A DNA stretch of 64,000 nucleotides from Neoechinorhynchus agilis (GCA_051530055.1 CM121343.1:7256044-7320043); one strand, 5' to 3'. Shown: positions 1 through 11,516, counted from the first letter of the stretch. Numbers and translations: made by a program. The notes: generated by a model not told the origin, from the sequence alone.

Positions 1-1197
1 AGTCTGATATTGTGACTGGGATAAAAGGCGATCCAGCTGAAGTAACTACTAAGAAAGCTACGGTCGAACAATAGGTCCATGCAACACCTGAAAGAGTAGT
101 AACACGAGCAAAAGGAGGAACACAATCAAAATCAATCAACCCTCCAATTCATTTCGGTAATGATACGCCTTCTCCACCTCAGCAATCATCCCTCGTTGCT
201 CTGAATTCGACCCTTCGCATCATGCACTCCTCCATCGAGGATAGAAATCGCACCATATTTATTTCTGGTATGCCGGAAGCCCCTGTTACAAATCCTGTCG
301 CCGCTGATGCACACAACCGCAACCAAATCCTTCGAATCGGTCAACTCCTGTTCCCGACATTCACTCCACTATTCCTCCCCCATCAACAGTTATGCGCATT
401 CCCTCCAAAAATCCCTTTAACTCGAGACCATGTCTTCTCAAAGTAACTTTTATTTCACCACTCGTAGCCTCCCTCTTTCTTAACAGGAGATACAAACTCC
501 TTACTTCTCAATTTTCTTTTCGTATCTATTAACTTAAGAACTCATCACAAAATCTTTCCACCGTCCCTCCAAACTCAACCCAGAACTCATCTTCCCAATG
601 TAACCCGTCACTTTTAGCGAACACCCATGAACATCTCCCCCATCCTAAAAAATCGAAGAACAAGCGACTTCCCAGTTTCTCTGATTACATGCAACTCCAC
701 CGGCGCCCGAATAACCACAAAGGTCAATCTCCCAGCCGTTCCACATTAAATACTCTCTTTTTCCCGAATCAAGTAAATCCATGCAAAGTCCCAACCCTAA
801 ACTCATTTCTATCATTACCATTCACTCATTCCAACTCAAATTTTGGAGTCGCCCCCGAACTTCTCTCTTTGGGCTAATCAATCGTTCTTTGTCGGCATCC
901 CGTAACGATTCCTCCCTTAACCCACCACCCGCAACGAACAATGCAACCCCATTCTCCCTCACTTCCGCCCTCCCCCCATTTCCCGAAATCCAAAACTCCC
1001 TTTCCCACCGTTTTCTACTCCAATACTCGTAGCCTCCTTCCTTAACTAGATGAAATTTCACTCATTTCATTTACCTCAAAAGTAGACGTAGTCATCTTAA
1101 CAGAAACGTGGATTACCCCCTTCAACAGCGATTCGGCCATCCTTCCCGGGTACTCTTCCTTCCATAAATACCGTGATGACCGCTCAGGATGGGAGGT
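1..1197 (+). mobile_element. Decayed LINE (CR1/L2-like): ORF1 remnant plus N-terminus of ORF2 apurinic endonuclease, broken off at about 1197
   Basis: The frame through 222-446 has EDRNRTIFISGMPE, an ORF1 RRM-like motif. From about 1004 a frame reads PTVFYSNTRSLLP*LDEISLISFTSKVDVVILTETWITPFNSDSAILPGYSSFHKYRDDRSG, the typical APE N-terminus (NxRSL, lTETW, PGY, RxDR), with an in-frame TAA at 1043-1045. Confidence 0.78.
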
Positions 1198-1469
1198 TTC
1201 AATTTACTACGGCGCCATTTTTCGGAATTGAAAATCCGTAATATTTACGATTTTTTGCCAACACAGCGTGCCAGAGATGTTGCCAATGAAGGCACATAGA
1301 AAGAAGTTGTTCTTTGGATAGAAGCTGCATAATTTTCTCTGGGCCCCATAACAAGTTAGACTGTCGGAATAAAGGCACTGTGGTGGAAATCATTACGGGT
1401 ATCAGATGTTTTGTAGCTCCGCTGCACAATATTTCTTCTTATTGTGTGTTGGCGAATTATGTCTCCGGT

Positions 1470-2990
1470 GTTTTCGTTGCTCATTTATTTTAGAAATATT
1501 TCGCAAGGTTTTCCTTGCCTCTTCAGTCTCTATTTAAAATGGAGGACATAGACAGCATGCACCGCCGGTCACGTCTGGATGCAGCTCAGATCCGCGGGTT
1601 TGCTAATACCCGAAGTGTGAGGAGTTCCATCCGCACACACCTCTTGCGGTTTGTTGCCGACTAATTTGCCCGTCATGCTACGCAACTTTGGTAGCACCAG
1701 AGTGTGGTTTGATTTATTGCCCTACATCGTAGGACTTCCCCGGATGTGAATGGCCTCAAGAATCAGTCTTCTTCTAAGATCCGGTTCGCTGGTTATGAAT
1801 CTCGCCTTTTCAAAATCCACCTTGTGCTGGATTGTTTGCTGATGGTTCGAGATTGCTGAGGATTTGTCGAAAGTCCTGCAAGCCTGTTTATGCTGCGAGA
1901 TCCGTTTCTTGACCCCTTGCATAGTTTGCCCAATGTATACACTTGAGCATTCTGCACATGGAATTTTGCAGATCCCTGATTTGGTCTCTTGCTTGGTTTT
2001 CCTCTTGAGAATGCCCGCAATGGATCAGCCCTGTTTGTTGTAGATCAAAAGATTTATAGCGAGGTACTTGAGACGCCTCAGTTTTCTGGTCGCTGTGCCA
2101 TTTATGTGGTGAAAGCCAGTGTATTTGAGGGAGATGCATGCGGTATCCTTCTTCTTGCGATGGCCGCTATGTGTTGCCTTTTTCAGACTGATTTTGATGG
2201 CATATTCAGGGAAGCCTCGTGATCTGAGAACTTTGGTGATACTTTGTTTTTCTTCTTCTCAATCCCTGCTTTCTGAAGAAATCATCCTGGCCCTCTTGAA
2301 GTAGGACGTTGCCGCTCTTATTTTATAGTGCAACGGTTGGTGGCTCGACCAGTGAGGTGGACCTAATGGTATACCTGGTTTGCGGTATAGCTGTGTTTTG
2401 ATATTGCCTTTATCATCGTGTTTTATCCTTACGTCCAAAAAGGAGATAGCCCCCTCTTCATCTTCCTGAGTCATTGACCACTGGATGTTTGGATCCTCCA
2501 TGTTGAGTGGAATGCTTAGGTCTCCCATGCTCGCTTCATCATCAGTGACTATGAACACGTCGTCAACATAGCGATACCACTTTTTGATGTTGGGTTGCTT
2601 CTTCAAAAAGTTGTTTTCCCATCTTCTCATGTAGAGATCAGCTAGAGTGGGTGCTAGAGGTGAACCCATTGCAACTCCGTCGCGTTGTTCATAGAAAACT
2701 TGATCGAATTCAAAAAAGGTCTTGCATGTGCACTACTGCAGTAGAGTTATCCACGTTTTATGATCAAGGCGCGGTTCTTCGCATTGATTGTGTACAAGTT
2801 CAGCTGCTATGGAAATTGTCTCTTGTAGTGGAATGTTGGTAAATAAGGACGTTACGTCGGCCGTGAAGAATTTGCACTGTTCATACTTTTCCAGTCGCAT
2901 TCCATAAGACTTTGGCTACTATCTCTTCTGAATCGAGAGCCAGTGCTGTTTATAAGACAGTCTTGCCCAAAGAATCAGTTAGGCAGCAGC
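1470..2990 (-). mobile_element. Penelope-like retroelement (RT plus GIY-YIG endonuclease), 5'-truncated, with frameshifts and stops
   Basis: Minus-strand frames give ADVTSLFTNIP, FYEQRDGVAMGSPLAP, WYRYVDDVF and ISFLDVRI (RT), then SGICKIPCAECSSVYIGQT...KRISQHKQ...SAISNH...RRLILEAIHI (GIY-YIG), ending at stop 1722. A hammerhead motif follows in the 3' terminal region. Confidence 0.93.
1491..1531 (-). ncRNA. Minimal hammerhead ribozyme motif in the Penelope 3' terminus
   Basis: Minus strand: gaga-CTGAAGA-G-GCAAGG-aaaa-CCTTGC-GAAA-TATT-tcta. It has both core boxes, a 6-bp helix II, a self-complementary ATAT helix III and a 3-bp helix I. Confidence 0.75.
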
Positions 2991-3849
2991 AGAAAGTTTT
3001 TGAAATTTCGGAGGATAAAATGAAGACGATAAAGGAGGAGAAATAAAAATTAAGAGTGGAGGTTTAAAGGATTCCGGGATTCCTTACAAACTTTGCTCGT
3101 ACAATTTCTCTCCTTATCGATGGAATCAAAGGATAAAGGATGAATCGGAGTTCCCTATAGAACCTCCCGATGTCTTGAATACGGGAGCAGGAAACCATCA
3201 CGCAAGAGGCATTGTGATCACAAGTCAAAGTCCTCTAAACTATGAGTGAGGATTCGAATTACGATTTTTTCGAACCTTTAATGTGTCAAGGGCACAAAGT
3301 TCACTGCGCTTTTCAGGAATCCGGCCTTACCAATTTTTTTATTACGATACAAAGTATATTTCCATCTTTATTTAAACAAGGAAGCGTATCAATCGGTTTC
3401 TCTGGCGGTTTATAATATTTTGTCAAAAAGAGAAAATCACCAATGTATGTTTTTTCAGGAGAAAAATTCTGATTATGCCATTCAATTGGTAAAATTGATA
3501 AATTTTCAAAAACGGAAATACGTCACGAAGAATGGGTTATTTTTTTAAATATTGTACAGGTTGTCTGAGACGTTTGGGACGCCGACTTTATTATCTATGA
3601 CCTTAATTCCAATCCATTATCCAGTTTCGATTATTTTAGCGAGGATTATGATATAATTTTACCTCAGTAGCCTTCTTGCCCCCACATATTGAGGAAAACG
3701 TTTTGTTTTTTTGACGGATGTTTGATAAAAAGAGGGAAATTGCCTCTGGTTGTTCCATTAATTCAATTACTACAACATCAATGTTTGAAGGGTCTGATGC
3801 AATTTTATTTGGAAATAATAGTGGAGGCGGTAAGTCGGTTTGTTTCATA

Positions 3850-4009
3850 TCATCATTAAATTTTAGTTTGTCCCTTCTTGTCCGGCTTATTTTTTTAGAC
3901 ATGAAGTCAAATCAATTACAGTTATATCACTTCTCAAATGTAATTGGTTTGGCTTTATGCCTAAAAAATAAGCCTGACAAGAAGGGACAAACTAAAAATT
4001 TAATGATGA
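3850..4009. repeat. Inverted repeat / hairpin with arms of about 70 bp
   Basis: 3850-3920 (tcatcattaaattttagtttgtcccttcttg...caattaca) is the near-exact reverse complement of 3939-4009, with an 18-nt loop. Confidence 0.9.
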
Positions 4010-4207
4010 AGGAACTACAGCAAAATATAACCGACTTCTCCATTGATAATTCTCGAAGTGTAAACCTTTTTTTGAAAGAAGAACTCCTGGCTGAGTTTCA
4101 AGGAGGAGTTGAGAGTTTATCTAAACCTTTTTGAAATTTGGTTTCTCAATAGAAAATATAAGTGCTGGAAATTTAACTCCGATTCGTATGCATCGGTTCC
4201 ATGGTAG

Positions 4208-4549
4208 ATGTTAAAAGAAGAGGATTGGAGGGAAGTACAGTCTAAAGCACTTAATGGTTGTCTCTTTCACCCTGTTTACTCCGAAGATGCGACGGCGGCC
4301 GAAAGGAGGAAGACAGCGAAATACGCTGAGCTGGAAAAGACTCACCTATTCCTTCCTTTCGGTGTGGAGACAAATGGGGCGTTTGGAGTTTCGGCAAAGA
4401 AATTTTGCGCGGAGATAGGCCGACTACTCATAAAAGCCAGCGGAGATCACAGACAAAGGAACTACCTCATCCAACGCTTGAGTGTGGCTATTCAACGGGG
4501 CAACACGGCAAGCGTGATAACAACGGCCCAATGGAGTGGCGCGGAATGA
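4208..4549 (+). mobile_element. 3' fragment of a CRE-clade non-LTR retrotransposon (restriction-like endonuclease C-terminus)
   Basis: AAERRKTAKYAEL...FLPFGVETNGAFG...IGRLLIKASGDHRQRNYLIQRLSVAIQRGNTASV matches the KxxKY / PFxVETxG / QRLSVAIQRGN signature. Confidence 0.8.
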
Positions 4550-4939
4550 GGGATTACGAAAAGTTAGTCTTTTAACGTATTAACAGTTTTTGTTGGTAGT
4601 TGAATTATTCAAAGTTAAAGTAAATCGGAAAAAGAAAATTTATCCTTATTTTTAAATAAATTGGATCAATTAATTAAAATTGAAGATCTTTTACAATTTA
4701 ACATTGTAAAGACCTAAAGAGAAAGTTAAGAAAATAGCCAGCTCCTCGCGTCTTCGATCGGTCGCAATTCAAAATCCGATAATTTCAGGAATTGAATGAA
4801 TTTCAAACAGACTCAGTTTTGATTTTTCCTTTAAAAATAATGTTTTTGATAAATGTTACCATTATTTTTGTGAACCTCAAATAGGTTCATTCTCTTTTTA
4901 GCGATCTCAATAACTTTAATGAGAAATCCCACACAAATA

Positions 4940-5250
4940 AGGTTTTAATCCAAATGCATATTTCAAAAGCATTTGACTCCATTGACCAGTTTGTTGTTTA
5001 CAAGGTGATGGAATTTTTTTATATTTCAAGGTTTTTGTCTCTGAAGATCAAATATTTGATAGAGACAAAATCATTTTTTACGAGCTCGACCCGAAGAGAT
5101 CCAACTTTTTTTAGCAAATATAAAGTGCCATCTCCTTGGTTTACGTGGATGATTTCTTTGTTTAACACCGTCTTGCATCTCGTTAATTGGACTTTTGAGA
5201 AACGAATCTTTAAAACAGCTTACCCGCTTTTTTGAACGAGAGCAAATCTA
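4940..5250 (+). mobile_element. Degenerate non-LTR reverse-transcriptase fragment
   Basis: HISKAFDSIDQ resembles the DxxKAFDSV motif, and is followed by an ISLFNTVL-like segment. The GxxQG motif is not preserved. Confidence 0.5.
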
Positions 5251-6147
5251 TCATTATCGCCCTCAATAAGTCATCGACTTCACAAACACATCTTAATATT
5301 AAATTACAAGCTGATCCTAATTTAGAATCACTGAACTTCAAAAATCGAATGGAGTTTTAGACATTGATTTTCCGAGTTCCATCGTCCGGAAAACTGCGCT
5401 CTTGTGATAAGAACTTTAAAATTAAAGTTAGTTTCTAACAAAAAATTTACAGCTATTAAGACATTTGTGGGAGGCACGCTTGTTTTTCCGATCAATGAGT
5501 GTTCTTTGTCGACTATTTTATTTCCAGGACGTGTATAATTATTAATCCGATTTCTCAGACTTTCCCTGATGCAAAGGAACACATTAAATCTTTTATCTGA
5601 AGAATTTTCTTAAATAAAATTTTATTTTATAAACCACGATTTCACTCAGTGTATTTTAATTTTTTGTATAATGACATTAGCCTAATTTTTAGTCCAAATT
5701 ATTCTTCTGACCAATCTTCAGCTCGGTTACCAATTGGTCGAACGAAACGAGGATGTTTGATGATTTAATTTTCGTTATTTAATACCCCCAAACACCTATG
5801 TTAACCAAGCTGTGAAGTTTCGATATTTACGAATGAAGTCGATTGATTAAGAGGGATTCATGGCGAGGAATGCTTTGCTAATCAATGAATTAAAACTCTA
5901 TTCAGACCTGACACCTTCGTTTCGGATCATTAAATAGTGTAATGTTGTGTTTTTCATAAAGTGAAAAAAAACGATGAATTTTACCCGATACAATAAAAAA
6001 TCGCCGGTTTTTACAATTTTATACAGCACGATTAAATTCATATCCACACTGGAGTAGAACGGCACTCGTGTTTGATAATCAGGGATTATGTTAGTGTGAA
6101 CATTTGAACCTGAGGTCAAGTAGCTTGCGACCTTTATTCTGAGTATG

Positions 6148-8099
6148 TCATACTGGATTATCCGTTTCAAGTGAATTATTCATTGCTTTTGTGCTCCATC
6201 CAATTTTTATCTTATATGTCCGCCAAATAACATGGGAATTTGTAACCGCCTGGGTGAAAATGTAAACCGAAGATATTTCCCGGAATGCCCATGCCAACAG
6301 GAGGTTGGTCATTGTGATTAACAATGGCTTTTCCTTAAAAAGAACCATCATTTCGATGGCGACAAGATACTAATGTGCAAAAACTCAACTTTTTGTATTA
6401 GCAGAAGTAAGATAATGTCCAAAACGAACCATATCGATATATAGGAAAGAAATACCAGCAAAATATTGAACGAATGCATATAGTAGAGTGCTGTTGACGT
6501 TAAAAATGCCGATATAATACAATCTTGAAGAGGTTCCAGCCAAGCGATCGGACTCAGTCTTACGCGCAATTGGCACCAACGAACCATTCGTTCAATCCAC
6601 TGTTGTAGTGATGTACTACCTGGATTTTGCATTGCTGGGTAGGTTGATAATCTCATTTTCCAATTTCTTAACAATTAATGTGAACTCAATAGTTTTTGTG
6701 GAATCTCCCTTCCTACCGGTCTGTAAATGCCTTTCCGATAAAAAAATCTTCAGCCAAATACGATCCAAAAGCGGATATTCCGCCACAACTGTCAATGACA
6801 GATTTCCGGAACAAAAATGACATCCCAGTCAAACACGGTGCACCCAATAAGTTCAAAAAGGTATAAAGTCTAGCTTGTTGCGTTCCAAAACACACCTAAA
6901 AAAGGAGGGGAAAACGTATAATTGGCTTCAAGGAATTCGGTTTCACGCGCCTTCTCAACTGCATGCGGAAATCCTTCCACATCAACTGTAAAGGGCATTT
7001 GATGAACAATTCCTACTCCATCGGTCATCCGGTTAACAACATCCAGCATCGCTTCGGTACTCACTAAGTAATTGATATCTTTACACATCTATTCTCCCTC
7101 ATGAGTACTTACGTATAATCCTGCTATCGGAAATCATTACCAGTTCATACTTGGCTTTATTATAACCATCGGTTATATTGGCAATTTTGGGGTTCACACA
7201 TCCATGATGGATTTTCTCGTCGCCGCCTAGAATATATTCAGTTATCGAGGGCTCACTATTTTGTCCCCTTTGGGGTAGAGACGTATGGAGCGCTCGGCAC
7301 TCTGCTCCGGGATCTCTCGAAGAAATTGAGAACCGGAGACTCAAGAGCAGTCCTTCGACAAAATATCTCGCTCGCAGTACAACGGGGCAATGCTGCCAGC
7401 GTGATGGCGACGGTCGACGGAGGAGAGAAGCTGGAATTCGGCGGACGGTGGTGAGTGTGCTTCAAACAGATTGTTTGAATTGTTAAAAAAATTCGATAAT
7501 CCATAACCCGTTAAAAAATCCGATTATAAGTTTTTACCTTCGTCGTAGATTTCAACGTCGACCTTTCCTTTATATAATTCAACCAGCCCATTTACTATTT
7601 GTCTCGTGGACTCATTTGCGTTCTGGAGACATATTATAAGCTGGAACTATAATAATAATAATAGAAGTGTACGGGAATTGGTTAAAAAAAAGCGGTTCAC
7701 CTTAGGATATTCGAGTTTAAAAAAAGATTCCAAATTGACTTTAGTGTTAGCGTCAGCAGCCACCAGTGGCTTGATGATTGATATTCCGGGCAAAATATCA
7801 GTAGAGGACGGGATTTTCGTGCATTTCCGTATTCGGATGTTGTATAACCTTCATTAACGTGATAAAGAATGAGATTGGACATGGACGAACCAGTAGAGGA
7901 TGCCACAAATGTGTAAAGTAAGTAATGTGGCACAATTCAATAAGACGTAGATTCCACTTAAGTAATAGAGCCAATGATCCGTTGCGTGATACAGCAATGA
8001 CGTCGACGAGTCTTGTGTTTTGGTAAGAGGTGGCGGCAAAAAAAGCCAAGGTGAATTCGAACTGGCAGACGAGTTGTTTGAACTGATCATCATCATCAT
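6148..8099 (-). CDS. UGCG: Ceramide glucosyltransferase (glucosylceramide synthase), multi-exon
   Basis: Spliced exons give [10 protein letters not shown]...[12 protein letters not shown] | FQLIICLQ | GCVNPKIAN...[15 protein letters not shown] | VGIVHQMPF | [11 protein letters not shown]...[18 protein letters not shown] | RMVRWCQLR | LAWAFRE. Most introns are about 42-56 nt, and the intron near 7245-7535 holds a CRE fragment. The start codon is uncertain. Confidence 0.93.
7267..7459 (+). mobile_element. 193-bp CRE-derived 3'-end element (copy 1), inside a UGCG intron
   Basis: Encodes [11 protein letters not shown]...[20 protein letters not shown]...*. It differs at 2 positions from the copy at 56534-56726 (opposite strand). 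Confidence 0.85.
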
Positions 8100-8699
8100 C
8101 AGTTTGATGCAATCGATAATATCAGCGTTACTCTACACGAGTGCCATAGCAACACGATTAAGACGACAAAAAAAATTAACGGTGAAACACGCAGCACGCA
8201 CAGAGTGCAATCGGAAAACCCGCTGCTCACCGATTGCACCGCACACGTCATCATTTTATCCGTAAGATGATGGCGCACGTTGAAGAGGGGCTACGCTGAA
8301 TGTGCGAGTGCCACGCAGCGCGCAATTTCTGACGTTCTAAGCCAACGTTCGTATTCAGCTTTACAAAAACATTTGAAGAAGTGCTACGACGGATCACGAT
8401 TTCGCTCTACTTTAAAAAAGTCCTTCACTGAAAACTGCCTTGGACGTGTCCCCGGTTTTAATCAAAATTGGGAAATTATTTTGGGAAACGGAGACTCGGA
8501 CGATGATCTCAAAATAAAAACCTTGAATCAAATGCGATTCAGTCAAGCAGAAATCATTCGCTCCTCTTTAGACAACGTCTTAATGTGTTGACGAATACAA
8601 TGACTCCGCCCAAAAACTAACTTATCTCCTCGCAAACAAACTAAAACGAAGATTCTAGCAAGCAGTTGTAATAACATTTGAAGGAAAATCAAAGTCGAA

Positions 8700-10222
8700 G
8701 TAAAGAGTTTATTAAAGACGTTCTCAGAACCTTCGCCGGGTGCGTCTTAAGCGTTTTTTAATACGAGGTTCGCGGAACGTCTTTAATAAACTCTTTACCG
8801 GGTGATGGCCTAAATAAAAGACTTTTAACCATATTCTCCGGTACCTAATCACATATCAACATTTTGAACTTTTTATTAAAAGTCTTTTATTTGGGTCTTC
8901 ACCCGTAAAGAGTTTATTAAAGACGTTCTTCGAACTTCGTTGGGTTCGTCATCAGTTTGTGAGTTATTAAAATACGCTAACAAACTGATGATGAATCCAG
9001 CGAGGTTCGCAGAACGTCTTTAATAAATTCTTTACCGGGTGATGGCCTAAATAAAAGACTTTTAACCATATTCCCTGGTACCTCATCACATATCAACATT
9101 TTGAACTTTTTATTAAAAGTCTTTTATTTGGGTCTTCACCCGGTAAAGAGTTTATTAAAGACGTTCTGCGAACTTCGTTGGGTTCATCATCAGTTTGTTA
9201 GTTATTAAAATACGCTAACAAACTGATGAGGAATCCAGCGAGGTTAGCAGAACGTCTTTAATAAATTCTTTACCGGGTGAAGGCCTAAATAGACTTTTAA
9301 CCATATTCCCTGGTACCTCCTCACATATCAACATTTTGAACTTTTTATTAAAAGCCTTTTATTTGGGTCTTCGACCCGTAAAGAGTTTATTAAAGACGTT
9401 CTGTGAACCTCGTTGGGTTCATCATCAGTTTGCTAGTTATTAAAATACGCTAACAAACTGATGAGGAACCCAGCGAGGTTAGCAGAACGTCTTTAATAAG
9501 CTCTTTACCGGGTGAAGGCCTAAATAGACTTTTAACCATATTCCCTGGTACCTCCTCACATATCAACATTTTGAACTTTTTATTAAAGCTTTTATTTGCT
9601 TGACCCGTAAAGAGTTTATTAAAGACGTTTTGTGAACCTCGTTGGGTTCATCATCAGTTTGCTAGTTATTAAAATACGCTAACAAACTGATGAGGAACCC
9701 AGCGAGGTTAGCAGAACGTCTTTAATAAGCTCTTTACCGGGTGAAGGCCTAAATAGACTTTTAACCATATTCCCTGGTACCTCCTCACATATCAACATTT
9801 TGAACTTTTTATTAAAAGCCTTTTATTTGGGTCTTCGACCCGTAAAGAGTTTATTAAAGACGTTTTGTGAACCTCGTTGGGTTCATCATCAGTTTGCTAG
9901 TTATTAAAATACGCTAACAAACTGATGATGAACCCAGCGAGGTTAGCAGAACGTCTTTAATAAGCTCTTTACCGGGTGAAGGCCTAAATAGACTTTTAAC
10001 CATATTCCCTGGTACCTCCTCACATATCGACGTTTTGAACTTTTTATTAACAGTCTTTTATTTGGGTCTTCAACCGGTAGAGTTTATGAAAGACGTTTTG
10101 TGAACCTCGTTGGGTTCCTCATCAGTTTGTGAGTAACTAAAATACGCTAACAAACTGATGATGAAGAGCCAACGAAGTTCGCAGAACGTCTTTAATAAGC
10201 TCTTTACCGGTTGAAGACTGTC
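8700..10222. repeat. Tandem array of about 235-bp palindromic units (about 6.5 copies)
   Basis: caaactgatga recurs with its core at 8985, 9223, 9458, 9687, 9922 and 10155. Each unit has two inverted arms of about 80 bp separated by alternating spacers of about 50-nt and 20-nt. Confidence 0.95.
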
Positions 10223-11199
10223 TTAATGGTGATGCTCCTGACATGTACAATTATTTTATCACAAGAATGCAAAACTTTCAGAACTTACAGGTGGCAAAAC
10301 TAAGAAAAAGGAAATATTTTTTCCCAGAAGATAATAATTCTAGACACAAATTTATATGTACTTTTACTCATAGTTCATCATCGGAACAACTTGTATTGAC
10401 TTTGGATGGGTATAAAAGGATATATACCACAAATCAGTCACGCTAGGACAAATTTGCAATCGGCTTCATCTTTAAATGTCTCAAGCTTAAAACGCGGAGG
10501 AAACTGGATTGAGAAAAAAGCTGTTGATTATATGGGTACGAACGAGGAAATCCAAAGAGTCAAATGATTGAAGATTGAATTGTTCATGCTTTTTTTGTAT
10601 GGCAGAAAATTTGAAGTAATTTATAGACTCTGGCATATTCGTGTGTCTTCTTTATCAAGGTTCCAAAATATTGGAATCAATAAAATCTTTTAATTTTACG
10701 CCATACAAAAACAAAGAGTCAAATGGTTATCCATGAGAATTATAAATATAAACACGGAGAATGTATGAATTTGTATGTCGCTTTGCCGTCAAGGTTCGTG
10801 AAACGCATTTGAGACGTAAATTGATGTTTGAGCGTGTTTTTAATAAGAACTAACAATGTAACGGTGTGTTTTATTTGGTTGAAAATATCGAAAAGATGTC
10901 ATTTACTTTAACAAAACACTTTCTTTTAACACAGTTTAAATTCTGCTACCATAATCTTCTTTAAAGATGTATAAATTTCGGAACAATGATTAGTTGAGCA
11001 ACTTAGAAGACATGGAAAGTTGATCAATGAGCCTTTTCGGAGAGTTACAGCTAATTTCTTTTCATCGATTTGCAATATCTCGTTTTAGATTTTGTGCACA
11101 GAAGCAATAATACACGCGCGAATTGTTAAATTCGGCATTAAAGCTACTGGCGAAGTTAGTGATTTTTCTGTTCAGCCAGTAATTTTCATCAATACTCTT

Positions 11200-11343
11200 T
11201 TTTGGTCTTCGGTGAGCTGTCACCACCCGGAGAATCATTAATCATTGAATTAAATATTTCGGAATCTGAGTTCCCTCTTCCTGAAATATTTAATTCAATA
11301 ATTAATGATTCTCGGGGCGGTGACAGCTCACCGAAGACCAAAA
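11200..11343. repeat. Hairpin with arms of about 65 bp
   Basis: ttttggtcttcggtgagctgtcacc... pairs with ...ggtgacagctcaccgaagaccaaaa. The 10-mer aatactcttt occurs at 11191 and again at 11374. Confidence 0.9.
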
Positions 11344-11387
11344 TTAGATTCCCCCGAATGTAATTCTCGAAGAAATACTCTTTAATG

Positions 11388-11488
11388 TTCATTGCGAATT
11401 TTCAAGGCCTCAGCCTCCTTCTCAAGCATTGCTCGTCTTACAAGCAATGCTTGAGAAGGAAGCTGAGGCCTTGAAGATTCGCAATGAA
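11388..11488. repeat. Near-perfect 46-bp stem hairpin with a 9-nt loop
   Basis: ttcattgcgaattttcaaggcctcagcctccttctcaagcattgct / cgtcttaca / agcaatgcttgagaaggaagctgaggccttgaagattcgcaatgaa, with 44 of 46 Watson-Crick pairs. Confidence 0.93.
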
Positions 11489-11516
11489 GAGTTCAATAAT
11501 AAAACTCAAGTGTGTG

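Noticed and set aside
1199-1429. CSGATKHL as a copia-type protease (DSGA) motif
   Set aside because: The catalytic Asp is absent and there is no gag, integrase or LTR context.
3636-4134. ORF with a P-loop-like GNNSGGGKS, and the opposing 88-aa ORF
   Set aside because: No Walker B or other ATPase context, and much of the ORF lies across a DNA hairpin. Probably chance.
8280-8591. 103-aa + strand ORF divergent from UGCG
   Set aside because: TTG start, no recognisable motif and no clear splice partners. Cannot be supported without expression data.
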